Shown here in pieces: positions 46,201 to 59,372 of a stretch of DNA of 64,000 nucleotides. Origin of the DNA: Schmidtea polychroa (taxonomy: Eukaryota). The first letter of the stretch is position 1. Every line of letters begins with the position of its first letter. Location of the stretch: the NCBI GenBank assembly GCA_044892525.1, contig CM097886.1, positions 43,524,001 through 43,588,000 on the forward strand. Reading direction: 5' to 3'. The notes under the pieces were generated by a model. The model saw nothing but the letters and a program-made list of their open reading frames with translations, was not told where the DNA came from and did no database searches. A program made the translations under genes and the position numbers.

Positions 46201-49200
46201 TTAAAAATGTAATAATAGACCTCGACTTTATACTATTTTACTATTTCATGGAATATAGGTTAACCAAAAAAAGTTTCTTTTTCATTTTAAGAGTCAACCA
46301 CTTCTAGTTGTCCTTTGTCTCACAAGGATCCTAAATTTTGACTAACTATTCGTTGTTTAAACTTATACTCGAGTATGATATTAACTTTAAATAAAATTTA
46401 GAAACTATAAATAAAGTATAGGCTAGGCGCAAAGATGGATTTAACGACAGGCGCTTTAAACCACGATAAACATCCACTTACCACTTTTTTCTAATAACAC
46501 GAAGTTTGGTTTCATATGTGCGATTTTAATTAAGTACAAGTTTATGATTGAGGGGGGGACCTGATAATATATTTATAAACGCTCAATTTATTGTCTAAAA
46601 GAGTAAAATATTAACAAAGAAATGGCTATTTTACATATAGAGAACCATTTGCATAAAATTGTTGGTTGTGAAGAAATAGATAACTTTATAAAATGAAAAG
46701 CAAGAGAAATATTTCCCTCCAAATTACACTCCAAGCACAATTGACAACAAAGGTCTTGTATACAAAGTCTTCGGTAGACAAACAAATCTACCATCACTAA
46801 AAACAAACAGTGAAAAGAATAAAGAAATGACGAAACAAATAACAACAGACAATAAAGAATTCAAACCAAAAGGAATTCTTAAAAGAAAGCAAATGCTAAA
46901 ATTGATTGTAAAACAGTTTCAGCTACAGGCTACGTTTTATTAAAAAAAACATTTACTAAAAATTTCGAAACAAAGTAGGAAGGTCACTATCGACTACTAG
47001 AGCTAAACAAAAACGTGGATATTATACTTAAAAACGACAAAAAATACGAATAAAAATTCGAAGATTGAAACATTATGTACTTAACCCCCAAAACAATGAA
47101 ACACATATAAACAACAAATACATCTCATCCAAAGATAAAACCTCAGCAAAAATGAACAAATTGAAACCGCATGCAAAATATAATGCCTACTTCATTATTG
47201 TTATATGAACAATAAACAACAACATAAACATATGTGATTTAGTTTTTGAATTTTATTGTATTAACAATTACTTTCATTTATGTATAATATGCAGCACCGG
47301 CGCTAGAGTTTCAGATGATGTGTGAAAATTGCATATTACCGCCTTCGCATTCCATAATAAGAGTAAAAAAACGATAAATGCATACAAAACAAAAATATTT
47401 TTCACAGATGGAACAATATTGTTCAAATTGGACTAGTTATTAAACAATAGAATGGAAATTGTTATGAAAATAACAAATTTCTGTACAATTTTGCCGCCTT
47501 TTGTATTTTTCCACCGTGGCGCCTGCGTGAAAATCTATCATCGTACCCGCCTCACGCCGGGCCTGACAATATGTTTATTGAGCGCTTTTCATTTTTATTT
47601 TGGTTTTTAAAATTTTTTTGTAATAAGTGACTACTAAAACTCAACACCAATTTTGATGTTCAAGGTAAACTGTAATTTGAAAATTTAATTCAATCTAAGT
47701 GTTTTTCGATCACTGATTTATTCACCCTTCATGTGTGGCCAGAACGAGGCGAATAAGCTGAATGCAGTGCCCTTGGCAGAAAATGTTAAAGAACAAGTTA
47801 TTTTCTCACTAAAAGAAAGTAAATATTTTGCTCCTCAACTTGACGAGACTACAGATGTCTATAGCAATTCACAGCTGATGGTGTATTTTTGTTTCAAAGG
47901 GACACATGCAATTGAAGAGGAATTGGTAATTTGTTCTTCTCTCGAGTTGAGATCTCGTTGAATTGACGTGTATAATAAAGTTAATGAGTACTTTAAATAC
48001 TGAAGGCATTAATTTAAAGAGGGAAAACTGCATCACAGTGTCAGTTAATGGAGCACCAGCCATGTTTGGTCATAATAATAGATTTTCGGCATTTGTGAAA
48101 AAGAAATCCAAAAATTGAAATAAATCATTGTATGAACCATCGCCAGGCACTTCTTGTGAAACATTTGGAACCTAAACTGGAAACCATCATGCACGATGTC
48201 ATCATGATTATTAATTTTGTTATAGGAAATGCACTATACACGTGGTAATTTCGTGAATTATGTCAAGACAGCGGAGCTAAATATACAGACCAAATTTATT
48301 AAGATGGTTTTCCTGGAGAAATGTTCTAAATCGAGTATAGACTCTCAAAGCTGAACTTGAAATTTTTATGGTTGATCATCAAAAACATATTTTGTCGCAT
48401 TTTTGAGCATATAAATGTGTTGAACAAAGAATTGCAAGGAAAATAAATATATGTCATTTCAGCCAGAGAAAAGATGTCATTATTTGGGTTAAGACTTTTG
48501 TATTGGAAGCAAAAAGCACAACAAAACAATATAGCTTCTTTTTAAAGGTTAGCTTTGTTTTTAGAAGATTGTGACAACATCACTTTTAATGACATCAAGG
48601 AAAGAGTTATCGGGAATTTAACCATACTCAGAGAACGGTTCTCTCATTACTTTCCAGATTTAGACCTGCATATTGTCAGTTGGATTGTTGATCCTTTCGA
48701 GTGTGAAGTGTCTAACATACCAAAAGAACCCCAAGGCTTGGCAGAAGCACTTCTTGAACTCCGATGTAATTATGAAGCTCGCATACAATTTGAGAACAAA
48801 AGGGATCTGTAGGAATTTACAAGGGCTTTTAAAATTGCACATGAGAAGGCCATAAAAAAGTTGCTGTCATTTGCAACAACATACCTTTGCGAACAAAGAT
48901 TTCCGACTTTATTAAACGTTAAAACGAAGAACAGAAATTGTCTGAATGCCGAGAACTATTCAAATTGCGCTCACTTCAAAAAGTCCTAATTTAGAAGTCA
49001 TTTTTAGTAAAAATGAAACAACATCATTTTTCTAAAACGAAAAATCGTTCGAATTATGTTATTGTTTACAGTTTTTATTTACTTATAGAGAGTTTTTATA
49101 AAAATTCCAATTAATTCAATAAATAATAAATAATATACATTTACCTTATATTTTTGCTTTTCAGAATGTAGGGGTAGGTAGCGATCTACGCAAAAATATT

Positions 49201-52200
49201 TTGGGGCAATGGATAAAAAAGTTCCCCGATCGCTACAATAAATGAAAATAACACAAAATGTGATTATAATTTTAAACTGTATATACGTTTTTTCTGTTTT
49301 CATATTTTTGGTTATAAACAAATGTAAAAATCATATCGTTTTTTAACATGTTAACCTCAGATTTTAAAGGGGGTGATTTCATTTGGAGGCGAAGCACGGA
49401 TTTACATTAAGTATGTTGTGAGAATTTCAAGAAATTGGCCATCATCCATGCATTTTTATTGGCCCTACAATACACAGGAAGGCTGTTTTTGTTACATCGT
49501 TTCAACGCTCGTGGATTTAACGATCGGTTAATAAATATAGGCTTAGTCATAAAATCACCAGATGCGTTACTGCACAAAAGTAAGGTGATCCGATCTTTAG
49601 CAGCCTTAAATCCAGGTGCTATTTTTTCATTTTTTGAAATATAGGTTCTAGAGAGCATTTTTTCCACCATAGTCCTGTCTCATCGGCGTTAAACACCTGA
49701 TCGGCGGAATAGCCCTTTATTGAATTATTCTGGCAAGTTCTCCTGGATACAGCCTTGCTCCTTCTACATCAGCAGATGCTTTTTCTCCCTATAGTTTTAT
49801 ATTGTGCAATGAATGCTGTTTTTTGAATTTTTCGAACCATTTATCGCTAGCAACAAACTTATGGCTGGGTTCATCAGCTGACGATTCTCCCATTTCTTTT
49901 AAACATTTAAATATTTTTAAAGCTTTTTCTTTGATCACATTTCCGTCTAAAGGAAACCGTTTTTTGTCATATCTTCTACCATTTTTTCCATTATATTTGC
50001 TCTCGGACGAGCAGTAATTTTAGCAAGCACAGATGATCCGGATGCTACCGAATTCCTAATTTTTTCTTCTGTTTGTTTTATGGTTCTAATTGTTGATTCA
50101 TTTAAACTAAAATATTTGGCAACATCAGTAGTCTTCTCTTGATTTTTAAGCCCATACAAAATTTGAATTTTGGTTTGAAGTGAAATAAATTTTCCGATTT
50201 TTTTTTCATTCGGCATTTTGAATGGTATAATGATTTTTTTCCGATAAATTTAAATTATATGTATAATAAATTTATTATATGTATGTACATATAATAAAAT
50301 TTCTTTTCATCATAAATTTACTTTAACTGCAAAATACACACACATTTCTGTATTTATACGCTGTGATTTTTTTAAAACGTACATTTTTTTAAATCGCGTT
50401 GTAGGAAAAAAACTGGCGTTGTGAGAAAGATTGCCGTAATTTATAAATCGCGTTGTAGGAGACTTTTCTGTAATTAAAAAACACTAAAGTTGGTTACTAG
50501 AGCTTATCATTATTTTAAAATTTATTGAAATGCAAATCTTTAAATATCTCGTTATATCAAAAACAGACTTGACCCACTTTATATACAGCTTAATTATTAT
50601 ATAACTTTGAAAATGATAAATTTTTTAATATTTAGAAATGAAGCGATTTTACATTTCCCAAGCATTTCTCTGACAGATTCTTCAAACTACTCATGCAAAG
50701 CCAGCAACTCTAATGGCTTTATAAATAAATGGTTCCAAATTAAAGGTATAGTAAAATAATATATAAATTCAATTTAAATTTAGCCTTTTGAAATATTATG
50801 TTGGATTCACAAGTATATTGCATAATTGAACATCGTTCTTTTAACCTTTAGAGGACAATATTAAAAAATTATTTTAAATACAATTTTAGTAATACATATG
50901 AGTGGTATGTTGTGACACGTTAAAACTAAAGGGGAAATGTCGCCCATTTCCCTTTCACAATGGGGACGTACACTAAAATTATTATCCCTCCCTAATACCT
51001 CATACTAAGAAAATTTATTTTTGACCCCCTTAAAATAGATTTTCCTTATTGATTTCGCATAATCTTTTTGGCAGATTTTAAAGATTTAAGATAACTTGTT
51101 TATCACATACAAGTTTTTCAAATTGACATGGTTTATCTAGAAATAACACATGATAAAATATATCATGCATATTCTACACCTAATTCCGAAAGTTAAAAGT
51201 CTCTATACACGTTGGTGTGTTCATCAGTGGATTCACCATTTATGAGAATGTGAAGTTATTTACTTCATTTCATTTATTCAATTTTACAAGTAAGTTTTTT
51301 TAAATTTAAGTAACTTTTAAGGTTTGAATTCTTATTTTATATAATTATGAGATCATTATTCAAGCTCTTAAATGTTACTTGTAGTCAACATTTTGATTAT
51401 AAATTATTTTTAATTAATTTTCAGGATTTTTATAGGATTCTTATGACTATGAATTTATTTGGAATTATTTCAATAAAATGTAAGTTAGATTAATATTTTT
51501 AACTATGAATAAATAAAGAAATCACCAAAACCATTTATTTTTTTAAGACATTTAAGAAAGAAGTGGAGTATTTTTTTTAAAGTTTTTGTAATGTTCTTTA
51601 TCCAGCTCATTTATATGGTGAATTTTGTCATTTTATGTAATTCTATGAAATTATTATTTTTTTATACAAGTTATAAAAATTTACGATTTTCGAATTTTTT
51701 TCCAGAAAAATATCTAAAAATCTAAAGAAATAATAACTTCAAAAATATTTTATAAATAGATTTTACGATGTTTTGTCGTCCTTTTATCGAAAACTCAAAG
51801 TAGAGTTGTCCTATTGAAAATCCAAAATTTTTTCTGTCATGAATTTTAATAATTTAAAAATAATGATATGTTAACAATATGTTAATGACTTTCTACTTTC
51901 GGAATAAAAAAAGCTATATTAAATTTACGTGTATTTTATATTATGTGTGCTGTGTTTGTATGTAAAATTATTTTTCTGTCACTTTCTCAATTCCTATAAT
52001 TCGGAATATTTCTTAAATTGTTTTAAGTTTATATATTTATTAATTATAGTTTTTTATATTGTTGTTGGATTAATGGGGGGGGGGTTGAACCCTCAGTAAC
52101 CCCCCCCCCCCCCCTCCTACATACGCGCATGATCTTGACAATTGTTATTATCTTACATGTTATTGAAACATGATTAATATAATTTGTATATAATATATAT

Positions 52201-55200
52201 AACTATGAATTTTCCCATCTTACGCGCTATTATGAAATAATTAAATAGCCTTTTCAAATTTATTTAATTCATTAAACTATAAAAATTCTGAAAGTTTGAA
52301 TTTAAAATAAGTTACGTAGATTTGATTTTACTGAATAATTATATTTATAATGAATAGTGTCAAATAGTCTTTGAATGTGCTGAGTAATATTTTTTTATTT
52401 TACTGAAATTTGTAATTTGTTAGTATAACTTTGTTGAGGAGGTTGTTGCAAATTGAATGAGTTATAAATCTTTGAAATCTACCGAGAAGATTTCTGTGAA
52501 ATCAAAAACAGAAAATATTTTTTAGCCGGAGTAAATTAAATAAAATGACTTCAAAGCAGTAATAAACCAATTAGAAACTATACACAAATTAAATACAATA
52601 TTTTGGAAATACATCTCACACTTCAGTCTTAATTAGAAACTAGCAACCACTCTAGAAATAATTTTTAGAAACGTAGTTAGCAGAAGTAACCGTTTGTCCT
52701 TAGAGAGTTATTTGAATTTGTTAAAATCATTAAATTACATGCTGAAGATTAAGAAAAATGACTTTCCTTCAACCTTATCTATAATGACACATATAAAAAT
52801 TTATTAAAATACCGTCCAAATATATAAGCCAACCACTTTTTATGCAGTGTAATCTGTGACATTAAGCCCAATAGGAAGAGGAATAATATTAAAAACAATT
52901 TAAATGTGACAATAAATGAAACAAATACTATATAAACCTTTAAAGCATCAATAATTCCAACAAGAGGTTAGTTTTAAGATAAACTAATCTTTTGTTCGAA
53001 TTTCTCGAGTTTAGGAATAATATTTATATTATAACTGCTCTTGTCACAATGATATTTGCTACAAACTTCATTGAAAACAAGAGTGCACCCGCAATGCTGC
53101 AAGGGGTCTTATAAACTCTTATATAATGACAATTTTTTCTATTAAGCACATAAATCTATTATAGGTTAGTTTTGTTTATAGTATTGAAATTCTAAATTAA
53201 CACTATTAGACTCTTATCAATTACATTTTGGTGTATCTTATTGAGAAAGAAAAGCAACAGAGAGAACGAAAACATACAAAAATGGTATATCAACGCAGCA
53301 AACAAGTTAAATATAAATGAGGCCAATGGAAATTCAATATAGTGCTAGACGAAATAATTTTACAAATTAAAAATGCAATGTTAACATATTTTAAAGCAGG
53401 AGTGGCCAACCGGCGGCCCGCGGGTCATCAATTGGCAGCCCGCATGCTTTAATATTTTGAAAATATAATAAAAACTTTTTCCGTGTCTACATTTGATGTT
53501 AGTATAGAAGAGCTCTTATCTGGCAAACAAGCTCAGGTTTCTCACTGAAAGACATTTGCCCTGAATAGTTAAAACGTAATGTTTTTGTGCAAGAATGTTT
53601 TTTGAATGTAAAGTTTTAAATATCTCTTTCTTTTCTTTTTTTCAGTTGGTAGCTTTACGAACTGTAGTAAAAAATGTAATAATGGGCCGCCGGTAAATAT
53701 TGAACAAAATTTATTGTTTATTTCATATTTTTATCTATTTTAACCAATTAGTTTTGTATGCTACATTTTGAAAATTTGCCCGATTCATTATGCTTTATAA
53801 TCAGGGCTATCAAGTATAAATAGTGCCAGTTTATCCTGTACCTAAGAAGCATAATTTATTTAACATGCACGCAAATGCTTTATTGTTTTTTTAGCGGTTG
53901 TTTCAGACCCCACTACGGGCTATTACTGCGCTTCTCCTGTTCCTTAGTTGGAATTAGCACAGAAGCATTAGTTAAAAATTTACGCCTTTTAAACCTGCGG
54001 CCCGCCGCATTATTCAAAAATATTGTAATGGCCCTTTTACCAAAAAGGTTGGCCACCCCTGTTTTAAAGGCTTCCACATCATCATAAATAGATAAAATTG
54101 AAATACCACATGAAAAAGACAGTGACGAAAATTTGTATAATATATAAAACATTGATCTATCGTTGTAAACTAAATAAAGTAAATAAATAAGTAAAAAAAA
54201 CTAAATAAACTAAAACAATTATGCCAAGACCAGAAAATATTAATACAAAAACATAAAATGGAAATACAAATCACTGAGAAAAATACTTTAAAATATTAAA
54301 TGATGAAATGATGAAGAATTTCGAATTCAAAACATTCCAATTCAATAAGTTTACTAACAAATTTACATTTCTAATTATTTTTCTATTTACACTCAATATT
54401 AACAAAGATCCTCATTATTTCTTTTGAAATTGTTAACACATATTTTATCTTGTTGCAAGGATATACCTCGTCTGTATACTTTCATTCACCTTGTTGCTTT
54501 TCTTCCATACATATATATGTCTTTCAGTTAAAGTATAAACTTAGACAATGTATACATTAACTAGCTAATGTTTACATTACAGTTAAAGTTTTAAATTCAG
54601 TTAAAGTATACAGTCACTAGTAAATTTTCTAGTAGTAAAATTTGTAGATAATAATAAAATATATATTATATCTAGGTGGTATGCTGTATTGCAACATGGC
54701 ATACTAGAATAACATTTATGTATTTTTTTAGAGAATATATATATATAATATTCCAAATTAATGTTTCATATTAATATTTAATAAAACAAATGATGAAATG
54801 ATAAAATAACGGAAAATATCACTTGTCTAAAATGACATTTTATCGAATTTATGACCAAAAAACAACTGACAAAATCACAAGTCATCAATTCTTTGTAAAC
54901 CAATATTTCCAGAATTCCGAAAAAATAATTAACTTTAGTTATTCGATACTTTTATTAATTGAAAATTTGAATAATATTTTTTTGTTGAATTAATAAATAA
55001 CCCGAATTATTTTTATAATTATTTTTATAAAAAAATCGTTATTTTGATTTTAATAAAAGTATAATTAAATAAATAAAAAATTAATTTCAATTAAATTAAA
55101 AAATTAATTTATTAAAACATGTTCTGATGATTGTAATGAGTTTAAATATCATCATATAAATTCATAAAGGTAATATTATTAATAGTCATCTTATAGTCGA

Positions 55201-56278
55201 AAATTCTTTCATTAAATACATTATTTGCAGCAAAANNNNNNNNNNNNNNNNNNNNNNNNNNNNNNNNNNNNNNNNNNNNNNNNNNNNNNNNNNNNNNNNN
55301 NNNNNNNNNNNNNNNNNNNNNNNNNNNNNNNNNNNNNNNNNNNNNNNNNNNNNNNNNNNNNNNNNNNNNNNNNNNNNNNNNNNNNNNNNNNNNNNNNNNN
55401 NNNNNNNNNNNNTTATCTTGTTCTTTCATTTACATTACACATCAGGCAATTTCAACCAAGTTCACTGGATAACAAATTTGAATAATTCACTATAGAAAAT
55501 TGAATAAAAAAAGCACATCACTAACACTAGAATGAAGAATTTTAAAGAATAAAAAGTTAAAAAGGAAAAACATATTTAAAACCTTCAAAAACGCGCTTCA
55601 AAATTAGGAAATAAAATTCTTTATATACAAAAATGAGATAAGACACTAAGAGGATAAAACCTTCTTATTCAATGTAATTCACTAAATTTCTTTCTTAAAA
55701 GATGGCTACAATTTAAATTTAAAATGAAACATTTAAATATTGAGTCAGCGTAAAGCAACGGCCTAAAATTTCCAGTAATAAAAGTTCGAAACATGTACTG
55801 ATATTTAATAGAAGAACCTTTTGATTAATACAAAATTAAATGATACAATTTTCTTCAAGAAATTCTGAAAAGAATAGAATTTCCAAAAAAAGTAAAAGCT
55901 TTTGGTTTTTTGTCTAAGATGCCAAAAGAGTCATTGTTTGATTATAAAATGGAAGTTTGGAAAACAGAAAATATATTTCAAGCGTTTCACTTCTAGGCAA
56001 GACAAAGCATTGTTTGATGAACTAATACCCCATGTTTACAAGTTTGCAGATATTTTTTCTGTGATTTAGCTAAGTTGCAAGTGATGTGATTTCCAGCGTA
56101 ACAAGGAAAGTATGGAATAGAGTTGAATCACCAATATTGTATACTTACCTGGCGCGAAGAGAAATCTTCGCGTCTCCTGCATAGTACTGATGAGAGCCAA
56201 AAGCTCAAAACTAGATTACTATTAGGATTTGCACTAGGTATCACAAACCCTGTAATGGTTATATTATATATGTTTATG

Positions 56279-56320
<42 letters not shown>

Positions 56321-59300
56321 GGCGTTTCACTTATATTCTTAAATAATTTATATTTATTGAAAATCTCATTTTCCTTGTTTTATTCGCATCATTGAAAAAA
56401 TTAATTCATGCGGGACAGAGTTAGCTAAATATTAAAAAATTGAATATTTACACGTTCCTATAATACTTCCTTTCAAATTTATAAATCTTTGAATAACTTA
56501 TGAAATAAATTTAATCAAATTTTACGAGTTACTAAAGGGACTTTCATATTGTTGTCTTCCTTCGTATTTATTGAAACATATGAAATTTTCCCTAACTACG
56601 GCATGGGAATATAAAAACAAATTGACTATTAAATGGAAAATAAATCTTTTATTATTAAATTTTGAAATAGTAATTCTAAATATCAGGAACCGAGAACGAA
56701 ACAAAAGCAATGAAACAACATTATTTGCAATTTAAAAGAAACAAGAATGACATTATTTTGTAAACTAATTAATTGAGTAACTAATAAAATATCAATAAAA
56801 TTCTTAATATTCTTTGGTCACCTTTGACTTGTTTTCATTTATTTTCATTTTGACAAACGATCAAATATTTTATATTATAGTCAAAAACACTTGTAGCTTT
56901 GCCTTTATCAATTGTTATTTTGACTAATAAAAGATTTTTTAATGATAAATTATCAATATCTTTCTGGTTAAAACAAACTGCTAATTAAATGCAAGCATAC
57001 ATTACTTTTTTATAAAATTATATATTTAAAATTAAATTATATTGAAATGTCATGCAATGATTGTAAGAATGTAAAATGTTATGTTAGGTAATATATTTTT
57101 GTATTTTTTGTTCATTACCTTCTGTTTAGAATAAGGTAAAAATAGAAAATACAATACAATTTATACCCTCCATAATAATTTTTACCTTTTTGTGTTTCAA
57201 TTATTTTTAGGATATTTTTCAGGATTAAAAATATTCTTTATAGAGGTACTAGAGTGTATACCTATAAATAACAAATTAAGAGAGATAATTTGGTATATTA
57301 AATAAAAATATTTGATACCTGTGGTCAGGCCCGTTGATAGGGGGACAGGGGGTGCAAATGCCAGGGGCCCGGGTTCGATTTGTTATATATTTAAATATAA
57401 TATTACTGACACTTAAGTTGACTTAACTACAATCAAAGTTCAAACATTTGAATTCCATCAGAATAAATTGAACGCACACCAACAAGTAGTTAGATCAACA
57501 TCGATATCAATATTCAAAAATAAACTAAATAAAGTTTTGAGTTTTTAAATGCTGGAATTAAAAGCTGTTATATTCACTAACCATGATTACTGAAACTGAA
57601 ACCTTATTCGGAATTTAAATTTATTTATTTCTGAATTTCGGATTTACTCCAAAAAAATTTGGTTTGTTTTTGACCAATGATCCCGATTGAGAATTAAGTT
57701 AATCATTCGCGTGGTAAGTTATTCTTTTTGTGAAATAAATTTGTTGACGTTCGGCAGTATTGTTATATTCCGAATTTTGCAATTGACTATTTAAATAAAT
57801 CTTGCATAAGTTTGTTAATGTAATTTGACGAACGGAGAGTCGAAATTGAATGAGAAATGATCATTTAAAACTGTCGCACTGTAAACATTTCGAAAATTCA
57901 TCAGAATCAATATACCCATTTCCATTTTTATCCAACAACTGAAAAGCAGTTGCATATTTAATAAAAACAGATCTTAGACTTTTTCTGTATCTGCTCGATG
58001 CATTATATAAGATTTATATAGATTTTGATAAGACCATCCAATGGCCCACTACAATCACCCAGACTTCAAATTACCAAGTTAAGCCACTGTATGTGTTCAA
58101 TTTTAATTTTTTAATTTTTGGGATTGTGAATTTAATTTGGAAAATGTAATTTGAATTTTATGTTTTAATTTAAAAATTATATTTTATTTTTTTATGATTT
58201 TGTTTAAAATTTTGGAAAGTGTAAATAATTTGAAATTTTAATAAATGTCTATTGAATATTTTTTTATTGAAATACATTTATTATTATGTCGAGAAGCATC
58301 AATTTAAAACTAGATATTTTTGAATACATTGATGGAGCATACATAAAGGAAAGCTTTGAAATTTATTTGAAATATATTGAAAGCTTTGCACCTAAAACCA
58401 GGAAGAAGTACTTAGTGTAATTCAAGATGGTGATAGTGATTTGAATTAAACGAAGAAAGTAAATTGAAAAAATTGATATCTCCAGAAATATTATTGATGA
58501 AATAGCGGAAAATGTAACCACCATGATCTATATGAGTAAATAAAAAGGAACCTGTCTGAAAAATGTTGGCTGCTCTTGATTTATAGTCTTTGTCTTTAGA
58601 TGACCTAACGACCTTCTATTATGGAACAGCGAATCGGCCGAATAACCACAACATTAAGTGAAATTTAAATTATGTTCACAAATAATGCAACTAAATGTTA
58701 TATACTAGTAGTTATATACTAGATTTCTGTCATTAAAAATGGGTTTCAAATGACATAAAAGGATGTTAAATTCTTTCCTGACCAATGAGTTAACAATATG
58801 TAAACTTTATTAACATCTTAAGTGGTTTATTTCGTCAAACAAAATGCGCTTCTCAGTGTTGAGTTTTGTTATCCGCTGGCGTATACGTCTTGGGCATAGT
58901 GTTACAATAAATAAAATAATATCTTATTGGATGATATTTTTTGAGATAATATGTTAACAAAAGTAATATTTATGATAGATTTTTAACATATTTTGTCAAT
59001 TTAGGTCAATTTAGTTGATCACGTATATATCTGTCATAACCACTTAAGAGGTTAAACTAAGATTAGTTGAATAATAATTGTTGAATAATTTCATAAAGGT
59101 TTAATTAGTGTATTGTCACATCTTATATTTTCTATAAATGACGAAAATGATTTGTTAAAAATGTTTCAAAATCGCAGCTTTTACATTTGAAATGAATTTA
59201 AATTGATTAAATTTTAAAGTTATTATAAAGTGATGAAATAATAATATTATCAAACTTTTTAACCTCTTAATTAAAATAATAATCAATTATGATTTTTATT

Positions 59301-59372
59301 TATTTTTTACAGTTATTAAAAATGATTCTTCCAATGACTCTAAAGATGATTGGACTACAAAATTAAATATCA
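43261..59372 (+). CDS. Partial multi-exon gene encoding an Ig I-set domain protein (exons 43261-43382, 45939-46113, 50636-50745, 59313-59372)
   Basis: Phase-compatible AG/GT exons give GKPINIKSL...SLTVRCRVTGKPNPTVYWMKN...KNEAILHFPSISLTDSSNYSCKASNSNG...WFQIKV, a complete I-set pattern (C, W, DxxxYxC). The first and last listed exons are less certain, and the gene ends are not found. Confidence 0.75.
43920..44180. repeat. Two diverged ~140-bp tandem units
   Basis: AGCCACTG.TCCAGA.GGCTAC...AATTCACACTATAGT recurs at ~43952 and ~44091; TTTT..GTACACAAAAT also recurs. Confidence 0.55.
44740..45010. repeat. Degenerate minisatellite (ACTAAC/TACCAA/GGTACT variants)
   Basis: Repeated 9-11-bp variants such as AACTACCAAC, AGATACCAA, GGTACTAAC and CCAGCTAC. 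Confidence 0.6.
45586..45753. mobile_element. Tc1/pogo-type MITE
   Basis: TIRs CAGTAAAATCTTTTTTTACACG / CGTGTAAAAAATATTTTACTG with TA on both sides. Confidence 0.8.
47292..47565. mobile_element. hAT-type MITE
   Basis: Imperfect TIRs CAGCACCGGCG / CGCCGGGCCTG; 8-bp flanks ATAATATG and ACAATATG (one mismatch). Confidence 0.6.
47731..49030 (+). pseudogene. hAT Buster/ZBED5-like transposase remnant
   Basis: QLDETTD...QLMVY, SVNGAPAMFG, HRQAL and LLSFATTYLCEQRF.TL..VKTKNRN motifs spread over several broken frames. Confidence 0.85.
49407..50472 (-). pseudogene. Tigger/pogo transposase remnant with one TIR-like end
   Basis: N-terminal HTH (ISLQTKIQIL...VAKYFSLNESTIRTI), DDE_1 segment (TYISKNEKIAPGFKAAKDRITLLLCSNASG...NKNAWM) and a TA-CAG terminus near 50470. 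Confidence 0.85.
53397..54061 (+). mobile_element. Non-autonomous hAT (Charlie/Buster-type) element
   Basis: TIRs CAGGAGTGGCCAACC / GGTTGGCCACCCCTG, perfect 8-bp TSD TTTTAAAG, and an internal transposase tail VSIEELLSGKQAQVSH*. Confidence 0.9.
56181..56222 (+). ncRNA. Degenerate type I minimal hammerhead-ribozyme-like motif
   Basis: Stem I ATAGTA/TACTAT, core CTGATGA, stem II GAGC/GCTC, then AAAACTAGAT instead of GAAACTAGTH (two core substitutions). Confidence 0.45.

Noticed and set aside
56141-56305. Functional U1 snRNA gene
   Set aside because: Only the 5' end and a loop II-like heptamer match. There is no stem-loop I GATCAC loop, Sm site or stem-loop IV at the expected spacing.
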